From: Takakia lepidozioides
Taxonomy: Eukaryota > Plantae > Bryophyta
Assembly: GCA_030704615.1 (NCBI GenBank)
Contig: CM060733.1
Location: 21,700,001-21,764,000, forward strand
Direction: 5' to 3'
DNA: 64,000 bases
The notes beneath the pieces were generated by a model. It ran no database searches, was not told the origin of the DNA, and saw only the letters and a list, made by a program, of their open reading frames with translations. Shown piece after piece: positions 63,872 through 64,000 of this stretch; the stretch's first letter is position 1, and every line of letters starts with the position of its first letter. A program made the translations under genes and the position numbers.

Positions 63872-64000
63872 CTGCCAAATCATTTGCTTTGTCAGATTGG
63901 CGGAAGACTGGGTTACGATTTCAAATCTCAAAAGCCAAGGTAAAATGAAGTAAAGTGAAAGCATAAGACAAATGCCTATTCTGGCATGTACAAAAAGAAA

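Overview
Eukaryotic, intron-rich plant DNA, inferred to be a non-seed land plant (bryophyte-like) from gene content and TTTAGGG repeats. Four host genes are supported: a 9-exon Nudix hydrolase of the NUDT9 type (23607-28434, +), a small plastid-type CxxCxGxG zinc-finger protein (30885-33097, -), an NPH3/BTB (NRL family) gene (52675-56639, +) and the 3' part of an AHK1/CKI1-like hybrid histidine kinase (61577 to beyond 63871, -). The rest is mostly nested, decayed mobile DNA. The most notable element is a Ty3/gypsy LTR retrotransposon (about 4.2-14.9 kb, -) with the order gag, aspartic protease, DNMT3-like C5-cytosine methyltransferase, RT, RNase H, integrase, PHD finger. It therefore carries both a DNA-methylation writer and a likely histone reader. 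It has an unusual terminal-repeat layout and appears to sit inside an AGACC-repeat-rich element encoding a Ulp1-like protease. Also present: a decayed Crypton/DUF3504-type tyrosine recombinase, an approximately 11-kb Sola-like DNA transposon with inverted repeats and a nested copia fragment, LINE fragments, two tRNA-derived SINE heads and a pogo-like remnant. All calls come from manual motif reading; no searches were run.
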